64,000 nt of DNA from an uncultured Acidobacteriota bacterium (GCA_963705525.1 CAVPJW010000007.1:184355-248354), one strand, 5' to 3'; positions 8,501 through 17,318 are shown, counted from the first letter of the stretch. Numbers and translations: made by a program. Notes: generated by a model from the sequence alone, not told the origin.

Positions 8501-8905
8501 CTACCGTGAGGCCTTCGAGGTGAGCCACGCGATCAGTCCGCTGATATCCATGACGGGCGCCTTGAATTCGAGCGGCGTCATCATGTCCAGCATGTCGCGG
8601 TGCGTTGGCGCTGACATCGGGACCGGACCTGAAATGGTGTCGAACCCTGTAAAGAAATCGATGCGCGGCGCGGTGCCGTACACCTGGATGTAGTACTCGA
8701 GTTTCAAGCCGCTGATGTTGGTGGTCGCCGGAGCCGTGGCGAGTTTCTTCTGGATCCGATCGAGCGAGATGGGGAGTTTGTCGACGGCGATGGTCGTCGC
8801 CTTTTCGGCGGCTCGAGGTGGATCCGGCACCTGGTCAGGCGGATGGTCCTGCGCCCGAACGACCGATGCCGCGAGGAGGACGAAAGCGATGGCCAACCCC
8901 GCCAT
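8501..8905 (-). CDS. Secreted hypothetical protein
   Basis: This is the internal ATG of ORF 8501..9268. MAGLAIAFVLLAASVVRAQD is a Sec signal with an A-Q cleavage context. The upstream part of the long ORF is Arg/Cys-rich and overlaps iscU, so I regard it as non-coding. Confidence 0.5.
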   Translation of the reverse strand: MAGLAIAFVLLAASVVRAQDHPPDQVPDPPRAAEKATTIAVDKLPISLDRIQKKLATAPATTNISGLKLEYYIQVYGTAPRIDFFTGFDTISGPVPMSAPTHRDMLDMMTPLEFKAPVMDISGLIAWLTSKASR

Positions 8906-8976
8906 GGAATTCTCACAGGATCTGACGGTGGCCACTCGAAAAGAGCCGTGCCGGCACGATTCCGACATCCAGACGC

Positions 8977-9387
8977 TCACGGCCGCGCCCTTCGCGATGA
9001 CCTCGCTCTGTATGAGCTGACCATCGCACGCACGGCATCGCTTGCCAGGTCGGCGCAGTGCAACTGCTCGACCGTCAGCTCGAGCGCTTCGATGACGGTC
9101 CGAGACTCGAATGCGGCCGCCTGCTCGACCGTTCGGCCGCTCAGCCAGTCGGTCACAAAACTGGCACTTGCAATCGCCGCACCACAACCGAAGACCTTGA
9201 ATCGCATCTCCCGGATACGATTGTCCGCCGCATCGATCCTGGCCTGCAGGCGCATCTGGTCGCCGCAATCGCCGCCTCGGGCTGTAACGGTGATCACATC
9301 CCTGTCTTTGGCGGGCAAGCTCCCGACATTTCGCGGGTGCTCATAGTGGTCGCGCAGCGTGTCTGAATACCGAGACGCCGTCTTCAT
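8977..9387 (-). CDS. iscU: Fe-S cluster scaffold IscU/NifU N-terminal family
   Basis: This is the internal ATG of ORF 8977..9612 (MKTASRYSDTLRDHYEHPRNVG). The three scaffold cysteines are in GDCGDQMRL, FGCGAAIASAS and LHCADLASDAV. The start overlaps the iscS stop by 4 nt. Confidence 0.85.
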   Translation of the reverse strand: MKTASRYSDTLRDHYEHPRNVGSLPAKDRDVITVTARGGDCGDQMRLQARIDAADNRIREMRFKVFGCGAAIASASFVTDWLSGRTVEQAAAFESRTVIEALELTVEQLHCADLASDAVRAMVSSYRARSSRRARP

Positions 9388-10595
9388 CGGTCCAGAGACC
9401 AGTCTGACACGGATTCGTCCGCCTCCTTCTCGACGAGCGGTGAAATCTCGCGCAAACGCGACACGAGCGCGATGAGGCGATCGGCCACGTGGTCGATCTC
9501 CTCTTCCGTGTTGAATCGTCCCAGTCCGAACCGAATCGACGATCGGGCCTGCTCGTCGCTGAGACCCATGGCCTTGAGCACGTACGACGGTTCGGGGCTC
9601 GCCGACATGCATGCCGATCCGGTTGACACGGCGACACCGGTCAGCCCCATCAGGATGGATGAGGCATCGACACCGCGAAAACTGATGTTGAGATTCTGAG
9701 GCAGCCGGGCCTTCATCGATCCGTTGACGATGGCATCGGGTACGCCGAGGGACAATCGCGCGTGCAGGCGGTCGCGTAGACGCGCGAGCCTCGCTCGCTC
9801 ATCGGCTTTCTCTTCAATCGACAGTTCGGCCGCACGCCCGAACCCGACGATCCCGGGCACGTTCAACGTTCCCGAGCGTACGCCGTGTTCGTGCCCACCT
9901 CCGTCGATGATTGGATCGAGCACGATTCGTGGCTGCCGTCGCCTCACACAAAGCGCGCCGACTCCTTTGGGTCCATAGATCTTATGAGCCGTCAACGACA
10001 TCAGATCGGCCTGAAGCGCCTGAAGATCGACTGGAAGCGTGCCCACGGCCTGCACGGCATCCGTGTGGAACAGGATGCCACGCTCTTGTGCGAGCTTTCC
10101 GATCTCGCCAATAGGTTGAATCACGCCGGTTTCGTTGTGCGCCATCATCACGCTGATAAGCAGCGTCGAGTCGCACAGCGCATCGGTCAACCGGTCCAGA
10201 TCGATCAAACCGTCGGACCCGACGGGCAGGTACGTGACGCGGCATCCTTCCCGTTCGAGTCGCCGGCACGTGTCGAGCACCGCCCGATGTTCGGTCGCGA
10301 CCGTCACGACATGACGATCGCCGTCGCGCGCTCGAACGACGCCCTTGATCGCCAGGTTGTCGGACTCAGTCGCGCCGCTCGTGAAGACAATGTCCCGCGC
10401 GCGGGCGCCGACGAGCGACGCCACTTGCTCGCGGGCCTTCTCGACGGCGTCGCGCGCCTGCCAGCCGTATTCGTGCGCACGACTCGCCGCATTGCCGAAC
10501 CGCTCGCCGAAGTACGGGAGCATGGCGTCCAGCACGCGCGGATCGACCGGCGTGGTGGCGTGATGATCCAGATAGATGCGGGCAGGTTGTCGCAC
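9384..10595 (-). CDS. iscS: Cysteine desulfurase (class V aminotransferase, IscS/NifS type)
   Basis: IYLDHHATTPVDPRVLDAMLPY, FTSGATESDNLAIKG, SLTAHKIYGPKGVGAL (PLP lysine), and SGSACMS near the C-terminus (active-site Cys loop). Confidence 0.9.
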   Translation of the reverse strand: MRQPARIYLDHHATTPVDPRVLDAMLPYFGERFGNAASRAHEYGWQARDAVEKAREQVASLVGARARDIVFTSGATESDNLAIKGVVRARDGDRHVVTVATEHRAVLDTCRRLEREGCRVTYLPVGSDGLIDLDRLTDALCDSTLLISVMMAHNETGVIQPIGEIGKLAQERGILFHTDAVQAVGTLPVDLQALQADLMSLTAHKIYGPKGVGALCVRRRQPRIVLDPIIDGGGHEHGVRSGTLNVPGIVGFGRAAELSIEEKADERARLARLRDRLHARLSLGVPDAIVNGSMKARLPQNLNISFRGVDASSILMGLTGVAVSTGSACMSASPEPSYVLKAMGLSDEQARSSIRFGLGRFNTEEEIDHVADRLIALVSRLREISPLVEKEADESVSDWSLDR

Positions 10596-10608
10596 GGTGC
10601 GACCTCGT

Positions 10609-11064
10609 TCAGAGTTGCGGCTGAACGGTGGCTCGAGACACCGGGACGATGTGTGCGGCTGGTCGGTCAGACGCCAGTTCGGCGATGGAGCACGACTCGA
10701 GCGCCTGAATGATGCGTTCCCTCACGCGCCAGAGCGGGTCCCTCACGTTGCATTTCGAATATTGGTCGCAGCTCGGATCCTCGTTCGAGCAGGCGGTGAC
10801 GGTCAGCGGGCCGTCAATCGCCTGGACGACGTCGGCGATCGAGATGCGAGTGGCCGGTCTGGCCAGCTGGTAGCCGCCGCGCGTGCCTTGCTGCGATTGG
10901 AGGAGGCCCTTGTGCACCAGCCGCTGGAGTACCTTGGCCATCAGCTCGGTGGGAATGTCGAACTGGCCGGCAATCTCGCGGGCGCTGGACGCCTGATCGC
11001 GTCTCAGCGTGAGATGCTTCATGGCAATCAGCGCGTAATCGGCCTTCTTGGATAGCCTCAGCAT
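10609..11064 (-). CDS. iscR: Rrf2-family transcriptional regulator (IscR-like)
   Basis: MLRLSKKADYALIAMKHLT... is a typical Rrf2 wHTH. The Cys-containing region (TACSNEDPSCDQYSKCNV) is compatible with Fe-S ligation. It lies directly upstream of iscS-iscU. Confidence 0.8.
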   Translation of the reverse strand: MLRLSKKADYALIAMKHLTLRRDQASSAREIAGQFDIPTELMAKVLQRLVHKGLLQSQQGTRGGYQLARPATRISIADVVQAIDGPLTVTACSNEDPSCDQYSKCNVRDPLWRVRERIIQALESCSIAELASDRPAAHIVPVSRATVQPQL

Positions 11065-11135
11065 GCGCCTGAACTCGCCTGAGCTCGGACGTACTGTAGC
11101 GACCTATACCCGCAAAGTAAAGAACGGTCGCGCGC

Positions 11136-12575
11136 TCAGTATCTGGGCTGACTCGGATCGATCTTGTCCACCCAGTCGACGATGCCGCCCTTCAGGTTTC
11201 TCGCCTTACCGAACCCCGCCGACCGCAGGAACTCCACCGCCCTGGCGCTCCGCACACCCGACTTGCAGTGCACGACCAGCTCGCGGGCGCTGTCGAGCTC
11301 GTGCGCGCGCTGCGGAAGATCGCCGAGCGGGATCAGGACCGATCCCGGAATGCGGTTGATCTGATACTCCTGTGGCTCCCGAACGTCCAGAATGAGGGGA
11401 CGCTCTCCGCGATCGAGCCGTTCATTCAGCTCCTGGACGGTAATCTCGGGGACACCCGAGTGTGAATCGCTGGCCACGGCAGGTCCGACACCGCAAAACT
11501 GATCGTAGTCGATCAGGGCCCGGACCGTCGGATGCGTTCCGCACACGGGGCAGTCCGGATCCTTCCTGAGCTTCAGCTCGCGGAACTTCATCCTCAGGGC
11601 GTCAAAGATCAGAAAGCGACCGATGAGAGGCTCGCCCGAACCGATGATGAGCTTGATCGCCTCCGTCGCCTGGATCGTGCCAATGATGCCGGGCAGCACA
11701 CCGAGCACCCCACCCTCCGCGCAACTCGGCACCAGCCCTGGCGGCGGCGGCTCGGGATAGAGACAGCGGTAGCACGGACCTTCCTTCGTCGCAAAGACGG
11801 ACGCCTGCCCCTCGAATCGGAAGATGCTGCCGTACACGTTCGGCTTGCCCAGGAGCACGCACGCATCGTTGACGAGATACCGCGTCGGGAAATTGTCGGT
11901 ACCGTCCACGACGATGTCGTAATGAGAGAGGAGGTCGAGGGCATTCGCCGAGCTGAGCGCGACCTCGTGCGTTTCGATCCGGATCTCCGGATTGATGGAG
12001 TTCAGCCGATCCTTGGCGGACGCCAGCTTCGGCCGGCCCACGTCGGACGTTCCATGCAGAATCTGACGCTGCAGGTTGCTGAAGTCCACAGTGTCGAAAT
12101 CCACGATGCCAAGCGTGCCGACACCCGCGGCGGCGAGATAAAGCCCGACCGGCGATCCGAGCCCGCCGGCGCCGATGCAGAGGACGCGCGCCGCCTTCAG
12201 CTTGCGCTGCCCGTCCATGCCGACCTCGGGCATGATCAGGTGCCGGCTGTAGCGCTTCACCTCGTCCTTCGACAGCGTCGGGAGCTCCGCTTCAGCGACC
12301 GCACCACCCGCGACCGACGGGATGATGCTGATCGTGTCGCCGGGACTGACTGCCGTCTGCTCCTTGTCCAGGTACCGGATGTCTTCGTCGTTCAGATACA
12401 CGTTGACAAAGCTGCGAAGACGTCCCTGATCGGTGAAGAGATGTTGCCGGAGCCCGCCATACTCCTTCGTGAGGTTCGAGAGCAGCTCGCCGACGGTCGT
12501 CCCTTCGACGTCGACGCTCTCCTTCTTGCCGGTGAACGGCCTGAGCGGTGTGGGAATGAGAACTTTGCTCGCCAC
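11136..12575 (-). CDS. Tri-domain fusion: MoaD/ThiS/CysO-like ubiquitin-fold carrier (res 1-91, ends VAGG), MoeB/MoeZ-type E1 adenylyltransferase, and C-terminal rhodanese
   Basis: N-terminus: MASKVLIPTPLRPFTGKKESVDVEG..VGELL...VNVYLNDEDIRYL....VSPGDTISIIPSVAGG (Gly90-Gly91 encoded at 12303-12308, with no stop after them). Then KRYSRHLIMPEVG..GQRKLKAARVLCIGAGGLGSP (E1 Rossmann), CYRCLYPEPPPPGLVPSCAEGGVLG plus CPVCG (Zn site), and the rhodanese loop HCKSGVRSARA. Confidence 0.85.
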   Translation of the reverse strand: MASKVLIPTPLRPFTGKKESVDVEGTTVGELLSNLTKEYGGLRQHLFTDQGRLRSFVNVYLNDEDIRYLDKEQTAVSPGDTISIIPSVAGGAVAEAELPTLSKDEVKRYSRHLIMPEVGMDGQRKLKAARVLCIGAGGLGSPVGLYLAAAGVGTLGIVDFDTVDFSNLQRQILHGTSDVGRPKLASAKDRLNSINPEIRIETHEVALSSANALDLLSHYDIVVDGTDNFPTRYLVNDACVLLGKPNVYGSIFRFEGQASVFATKEGPCYRCLYPEPPPPGLVPSCAEGGVLGVLPGIIGTIQATEAIKLIIGSGEPLIGRFLIFDALRMKFRELKLRKDPDCPVCGTHPTVRALIDYDQFCGVGPAVASDSHSGVPEITVQELNERLDRGERPLILDVREPQEYQINRIPGSVLIPLGDLPQRAHELDSARELVVHCKSGVRSARAVEFLRSAGFGKARNLKGGIVDWVDKIDPSQPRY

Positions 12576-12587
12576 GTCTGATCCTCG

Positions 12588-13013
12588 TCAGGAAGTGAGC
12601 GCCCTGAGGACGCGTTCATCAAATGCGGTCCGCCCGGGATTGAGCGACCATGCGGTCAGAACCTTCGGTTCGCCGCCTTCGATCCCCAGTATCAGATACA
12701 GGAATGACGGCCATGCGTGGTCCAGGTCGTACTGAGACGGTCGGGCCGGCGCATCCGGATGCGAATGATAGAAGCCAAGCAGGCTGAGCCCCGTTTCGGC
12801 CGCGCGCGCCTCTGCGCGCCGGTAGTCGGTCGTGCTCACCATGAAGCGGCGACGCGGACCTTCGTCCGTGGTATTGGGTAGCGCGAGCGCTAATTGCACG
12901 GCGGTGTCCAAGCCATACAGCGCGCCGCAGCACTCGTTGGGATACGTCTCCGCGGCGTGGCTGCGGATCGCGTCGGTCACCGCGCTCCCGATAAACACCA
13001 CGTCGTCGGCCAT
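12588..13013 (-). CDS. JAMM/MPN+ metalloprotease (Mec+/Mov34 family)
   Basis: YPNECCGAL (the Glu motif) and GFYHSHPDAPARPSQYDLDHA (H-S-H-x7-S-x2-D JAMM motif). 141 aa. It lies between cysM and the Ubl-E1 fusion. Confidence 0.85.
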   Translation of the reverse strand: MADDVVFIGSAVTDAIRSHAAETYPNECCGALYGLDTAVQLALALPNTTDEGPRRRFMVSTTDYRRAEARAAETGLSLLGFYHSHPDAPARPSQYDLDHAWPSFLYLILGIEGGEPKVLTAWSLNPGRTAFDERVLRALTS

Positions 13014-13967
13014 TCAGTTCACACCCCCGATGGTCGACCCTTCGGCTGGTTGTTCCCAGAACCGCTCGGACAAGTACTTCTCGCCGCCGTCGCAGAAGAT
13101 CGTCACGATGACGGCATTCCTGACCCGCGCGGCGAGCCGGAGCGTTGCGGCCAGGGCGGCGCCGCTCGAGATGCCGACCAGCAGCCCTTCGCCGACCGCC
13201 AGCCGACGCGTGAGCTCGTACGCCTCTTCGGTGCCGACGCGAATATCCTCGTCCGCGATCGTCGGATCGTAGATGCCCGGCACGATGGCCGACTCCATGT
13301 GCTTCAAGCCTTCGAGGCCATGAAGCGGCGAGTCGGGCTGGACTGAGACGAGCTCGATCCGAGGATCGTGCTCGCGAAGACGACGACCGACCCCGACGAA
13401 CGTTCCGCTGGTGCCGAGTCCTGCGACAAAATGGGTGATGCGACCGCCGGTCTGGTTGAGGATTTCCTGGCCGGTGGTGTCGTAGTGAGCTCGCCAGTTC
13501 GCGTCGTTGTTGTACTGGTCCGGATAAAAGTACCGATCGGGTTCGCTGGCAGCGAGCCGCCGCGCTTCGCGGATCGCCCCATCCGAGCCTTCGAGCGGAT
13601 TGGTGAATACCATTTCCGCACCGTACGCGCGCAGGATTCTCTTGCGCTCGGGCGTGACGTTGGAGGGAAGGCAGAGCGTGACCTTGTACCCGCGCGCTGC
13701 CCCGATCATCGCGTAGGCAATTCCGGTGTTGCCCGAGGTCGCATCGAGAATCACGCGATCGGGGGTCAGCGCACCCGCCCGCTCGCCTTCGACAATCATT
13801 CGGAACGCCGCGCGGTCCTTGACCGACCCTCCGGGATTCTGCCATTCCGCCTTCGCATAAAGCTCGACATTCTCGAGCGCGGTTTCGAACCCTCTGAGGC
13901 GAAGAAGTGGTGTATTTCCAATGAGTTCAAGGATTGAGGCGGTGGCCTCTGAAAAGGGCGGCGCCAC
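13014..13967 (-). CDS. cysM: Cysteine synthase B-type PLP enzyme (CysM/CysK family)
   Basis: GNTPLLRL, NPGGSVKDRAA (PLP lysine), TSGNTGIAYA, GLGTSGTFVGV, ISSGAAL. GTG start at 13967. The stop abuts the JAMM gene start. Confidence 0.88.
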   Translation of the reverse strand: MAPPFSEATASILELIGNTPLLRLRGFETALENVELYAKAEWQNPGGSVKDRAAFRMIVEGERAGALTPDRVILDATSGNTGIAYAMIGAARGYKVTLCLPSNVTPERKRILRAYGAEMVFTNPLEGSDGAIREARRLAASEPDRYFYPDQYNNDANWRAHYDTTGQEILNQTGGRITHFVAGLGTSGTFVGVGRRLREHDPRIELVSVQPDSPLHGLEGLKHMESAIVPGIYDPTIADEDIRVGTEEAYELTRRLAVGEGLLVGISSGAALAATLRLAARVRNAVIVTIFCDGGEKYLSERFWEQPAEGSTIGGVN

Positions 13968-14002
13968 GGTGTGTGACCATAAATACGACCGATTTAGTCC
14001 GA

Positions 14003-14030
14003 ATTATATCATCGCGGATGCGACTGTCAA
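14003..14030 (-). promoter_or_regulatory. Consensus sigma-70 promoter TTGACA-N16-TATAAT upstream of cysM
   Basis: The reverse complement of 14003-14030 reads TTGACAgtcgcatccgcgatgaTATAAT. The -10 ends about 35 nt upstream of the cysM GTG. A short inverted repeat (ctgtc aacgc gacag) overlaps the -35. Confidence 0.6.
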
Positions 14031-14115
14031 CGCGACAGACCGCTCGTCCCGTCCAGTGATCGGCTCTCTGACCTTTGACTCGTGCGCCGGTCGGCAGGAT
14101 CCCGTCGGTCGTCGT

Positions 14116-14841
14116 CTACTTGAGCGACGCCGTCAAGGTGACCGATGCGCGGACCTCGATCTCGCCGGCAACAATCGGCGGTGAGGGTGGCGGCCCCGGC
14201 GCGGCCTCGGCGGCCACCATGCGGAACTGTGGTCCCGGAATCGGCACGGCCACACCGGATTCCTGAATTCTCAGGATGCGATCCACGGTGCGGCCGGCAC
14301 CAGCGGCCGCGGCATCAGCGCGCGCCCGCGCGTCGGCGACCGCCCGCTTCAGCGCTTCTCGCTCCAGCGACTCACGGTCCCGCAGGTCGAATCGGACGTT
14401 CGTCGCGGCCGTCGCGCCCCCACTGGTCGCAGCTGCAATGACGTCTCCGGTGCGTTCCACTTGATCCACACGGACTTCAATCACATTTCTCGCGACGTAG
14501 CCGCGTGAAGTCTGCTTGCCGTTGACGTAGTCGAATTCCTGCTGCAGGTCGTACGCCGTCGTGCGGATGGCATCCTTCGGGACGTTGGCTTCTGCCAGCT
14601 TCTGCAGCACCGACGCCATGGACGCCGCGCTCGCCTTCTGCGCCTCCATCGGCATCCGGGCGGTCGCCTCGACCGAAATCGTCACGAACGCGCGATCGGG
14701 AGCAGCCTTGATCACGCCTTCGCCCGTCGTCACCACGGTTGGAACCGGCGAACTCGCGTCCTGCGCCGCCAGAACAACCTGAAAGCCCACGATCAGCGCG
14801 ATGGGAAGCGTCAATGCCGGAAGTCCTATCTGTTTGTTCAC
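14116..14841 (-). CDS. SIMPL/DUF541 domain periplasmic protein
   Basis: Signal peptide MNKQIGLPALTLPIALIVGFQVVLAAQ, then TTGEGVIKAAPDRAFVTISVEA..., YVARNVIEVRV and REALKRAVADARARADAAA, typical of SIMPL (oxidative-stress defence protein family). Confidence 0.75.
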   Translation of the reverse strand: MNKQIGLPALTLPIALIVGFQVVLAAQDASSPVPTVVTTGEGVIKAAPDRAFVTISVEATARMPMEAQKASAASMASVLQKLAEANVPKDAIRTTAYDLQQEFDYVNGKQTSRGYVARNVIEVRVDQVERTGDVIAAATSGGATAATNVRFDLRDRESLEREALKRAVADARARADAAAAGAGRTVDRILRIQESGVAVPIPGPQFRMVAAEAAPGPPPSPPIVAGEIEVRASVTLTASLK

Positions 14842-14984
14842 CTGTGGCCTCCTCTCTCGGTGGAGCGCGTCCCGCGCCGCCTGACGCGGAAGGGATCAGG
14901 AGTATAGCCGAGCATGTTGATGCTCAACCGGCCGAGCCATCGTAAACTTTCGCGGATGCATCCACGAGCAGTCGGAGGCACGTC

Positions 14985-16040
14985 ATGGCTTTAGCGGCGC
15001 TCGAACTCCGAATCGCCCTCGTCGGGTTTGGCAATGTCGCCCGCCGTTTCGTCCGCCTTCTCGACGAGCGCAAGGCCGAGCTCCAGGACCAGGAAGGGCT
15101 GAACTGCCGGATCGTCGGAATTTCCACGGGCCGCCATGGCCAGACCTTCTCGGAATCGGGCGTCGATGTCGCGGCAGCGCTCTCCAGCCGCGACGCAGGT
15201 CAGCCCTTGCCCTCCAGTGAGGCGCGTCAGGCCAGTTCGGTCGAGTTCATTCGCCATGCCTGTGGCCGGTGTCGAGATCTGGTCGTGATAGAAACCACGC
15301 CCCTCAACGTCAGGAATGGGCAGCCGGCGATTGATCACATCCGGACGGCGCTCGAGGGCGGCGCGGACGTCGTGACCGCGAACAAGGGGCCGGTGGCCTT
15401 CGCCTATCGCGAACTCCAGGCGCTGGCCGATCGACGAGGCCGCTCCTTCCTGTTCGAAGGCACGGTGATGGACGGCATTCCGATCTTCAACCTTGTTCGA
15501 GAGACTCTTCCGGCGGTGCAGATCACCGCGGTTCGAGGAGTGGTCAACAGCACGACCAACCACATCCTGACGGAAATGGAGCGCGGCAAGACCTTCCAAA
15601 CCGCGCTCAGCGAGATGCAGCAGGCCGGGATTGCCGAAGCCGATCCATCGCTCGACATCGAGGGCTGGGACGCAGCCGCGAAGATCGCCGCGCTCTCGAA
15701 CGTGCTCCTTGGCGGAAACGTGTCACCACAGAATGTGAGGCGAACGGGCATTTCGGGGATCTCGAACGACGATGTCAAACGGGCGATGGACCAAAACACT
15801 CGCATCCGCCTGGTGGCAGAGGCCGAACGCCGCGGCGGCACCGTCGTCGCGTGGGTCGAGCCCCGCGCGCTCACCCTCGACTCCCCGCTCGCGCACCTCG
15901 TGGGGCTGCAGAATGCGCTCATCCTGCGTACGGACCTGCTGGGCGAGATTGCGATCACGCAGCTCGACGGCGGGTTGACGCAGACGGCCTACGCGCTGCT
16001 GAGCGATCTGGTCCGCGTGGCGAGGCGGAGAAGGCATTGA
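14985..16040 (+). CDS. hom: Homoserine dehydrogenase family protein (no ACT domain)
   Basis: LRIALVGFGNVARRF (NAD-binding GxGxxG), VVTANKGPVA, and GIPIFNLVRETLPAVQITAVRGVVNSTTNHILTEM (catalytic domain pattern). Confidence 0.75.
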   Translation: MALAALELRIALVGFGNVARRFVRLLDERKAELQDQEGLNCRIVGISTGRHGQTFSESGVDVAAALSSRDAGQPLPSSEARQASSVEFIRHACGRCRDLVVIETTPLNVRNGQPAIDHIRTALEGGADVVTANKGPVAFAYRELQALADRRGRSFLFEGTVMDGIPIFNLVRETLPAVQITAVRGVVNSTTNHILTEMERGKTFQTALSEMQQAGIAEADPSLDIEGWDAAAKIAALSNVLLGGNVSPQNVRRTGISGISNDDVKRAMDQNTRIRLVAEAERRGGTVVAWVEPRALTLDSPLAHLVGLQNALILRTDLLGEIAITQLDGGLTQTAYALLSDLVRVARRRRH

Positions 16041-16079
16041 TGCGGCTTCCGGAGACGGTCACTATAGAATTGTCCGCCG

Positions 16080-17300
16080 ATGACTGACACCAGATCCGCC
16101 GGCGACGAATCTGCCGGCCCGCTCCGTGGCATCACCATCGTCGACCTCACACGAGTGCTGTCGGGACCCTATTGCACGATGCTCCTCGCAGACATGGGTG
16201 CGAGGGTCATCAAGATCGAGCAGCCCCGCAAGGGCGACGACACGAGGGCCTGGGGGCCGCCCTTCGTTGCGGGAGAGAGCGCATATTTCTTGAGCATCAA
16301 TCGAAATAAGGAAAGCGTCACGCTCGATTTCAAGCATCCCGAGGGCCGTGACCTGCTGGCACGACTCATCGGCCGGGCCGATGTGGTGGTCGAAAACTTC
16401 CGTCCGGGCACGCTCGATCCTCTTGGCTTCGGCTACGCGCAGCTTGCCAAGAAGCATCCGCGACTCATTTATTGCTCCATATCCGGTTTCGGACAGACCG
16501 GACCCCGGCGGACACAGGCCGGATACGATGCGATCGTTCAGGCCGAAGGCGGGCTGATGAGCATCACAGGCGACGCGGACGGGCCGCCATTTCGGCTCGG
16601 CGTGGCGATTGGCGATCTCGTGAGCGGGATGTTCGCGGCGCAGGGAATTCTACTGGCGCTCTTCGCACGCTCTCAGACTGGTCGAGGACAGTTCGTTGAC
16701 ATCGCGATGCTGGATTCTGTCGCCGCGCTGCTCACCTACCAGGCCGCTCTCCTGTTCGCGACGGGCAACCCGCCACAGCGAATGGGCAACCGTCACCCGA
16801 TGATTGTGCCGTATGAAACGTTCGACGCAAGCGACGGGGCATTCGTCCTCGCGGTGGGAAACGACGATTTGTGGCGCCGGTTCTGCCGCGCGATCGGTCT
16901 CGACGAACTGGGCCGCGATCCGCGCTTCGCCACCAACCGCGATCGCGTGTCCGCGTACGATCAGCTGCGGCCTCTGCTCACCTCGCGACTCAAGACCCGG
17001 TCGAGAGCCGAGTGGCTGACGATTCTGGAATCAGCCGGTGTGCCCGCGGGATCCGTCCGAAACGTGGAAGAGGTGCTGGCCGATCCGCAGGTCGAAGCCC
17101 GCCGGATGGTCGAACACCTCATGCACCCGACGGTCGGGGACCTGCGGCTGCTCGGCGTGCCGGTGAAGCTGTCGGACACTCCGGGCAGCGTCCGGACCCC
17201 GCCGCCCCTCCTGGGCCAGCACACGGCATCGGTTCTCGAACATGACCTCGGTCTCGACGAGGCTGCGATCGAACGGCTGCGACAAGCTCACGCAATTTGA
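16080..17300 (+). CDS. CaiB/BaiF family III CoA-transferase
   Basis: LRGITIVDLTRVLSGPYCTMLLADMGARVIKIE, ENFRPGT, and GYDAIVQAEGGLMSITG (the catalytic Asp region is typical of class III CoA-transferases). Confidence 0.85.
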   Translation: MTDTRSAGDESAGPLRGITIVDLTRVLSGPYCTMLLADMGARVIKIEQPRKGDDTRAWGPPFVAGESAYFLSINRNKESVTLDFKHPEGRDLLARLIGRADVVVENFRPGTLDPLGFGYAQLAKKHPRLIYCSISGFGQTGPRRTQAGYDAIVQAEGGLMSITGDADGPPFRLGVAIGDLVSGMFAAQGILLALFARSQTGRGQFVDIAMLDSVAALLTYQAALLFATGNPPQRMGNRHPMIVPYETFDASDGAFVLAVGNDDLWRRFCRAIGLDELGRDPRFATNRDRVSAYDQLRPLLTSRLKTRSRAEWLTILESAGVPAGSVRNVEEVLADPQVEARRMVEHLMHPTVGDLRLLGVPVKLSDTPGSVRTPPPLLGQHTASVLEHDLGLDEAAIERLRQAHAI

Positions 17301-17318
17301 GAAAGACGGGAACCCAGA

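Noticed and set aside
8906-9268. The upstream 121 codons of ORF 8501..9268, which would make a 255-aa protein.
   Set aside because: The sequence is Arg/Cys/Gly-rich and overlaps the iscU 3' region on the same strand in another frame. A clean signal peptide begins at the internal ATG at 8905.
11065-11135. An IscR type-1 binding site upstream of iscR.
   Set aside because: There is only a loose resemblance (ATAGGTCGCTACAGTACGTCCGAGC on the minus strand) to the E. coli motif, which is not convincing without a PWM score.
13881-13892. A tRNA T-arm-like GGTTTCGAACCC string.
   Set aside because: It lies inside the well-supported cysM CDS, and no acceptor, D or anticodon arms can be drawn around it. 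I saw no tRNA-like structure in any intergenic region.
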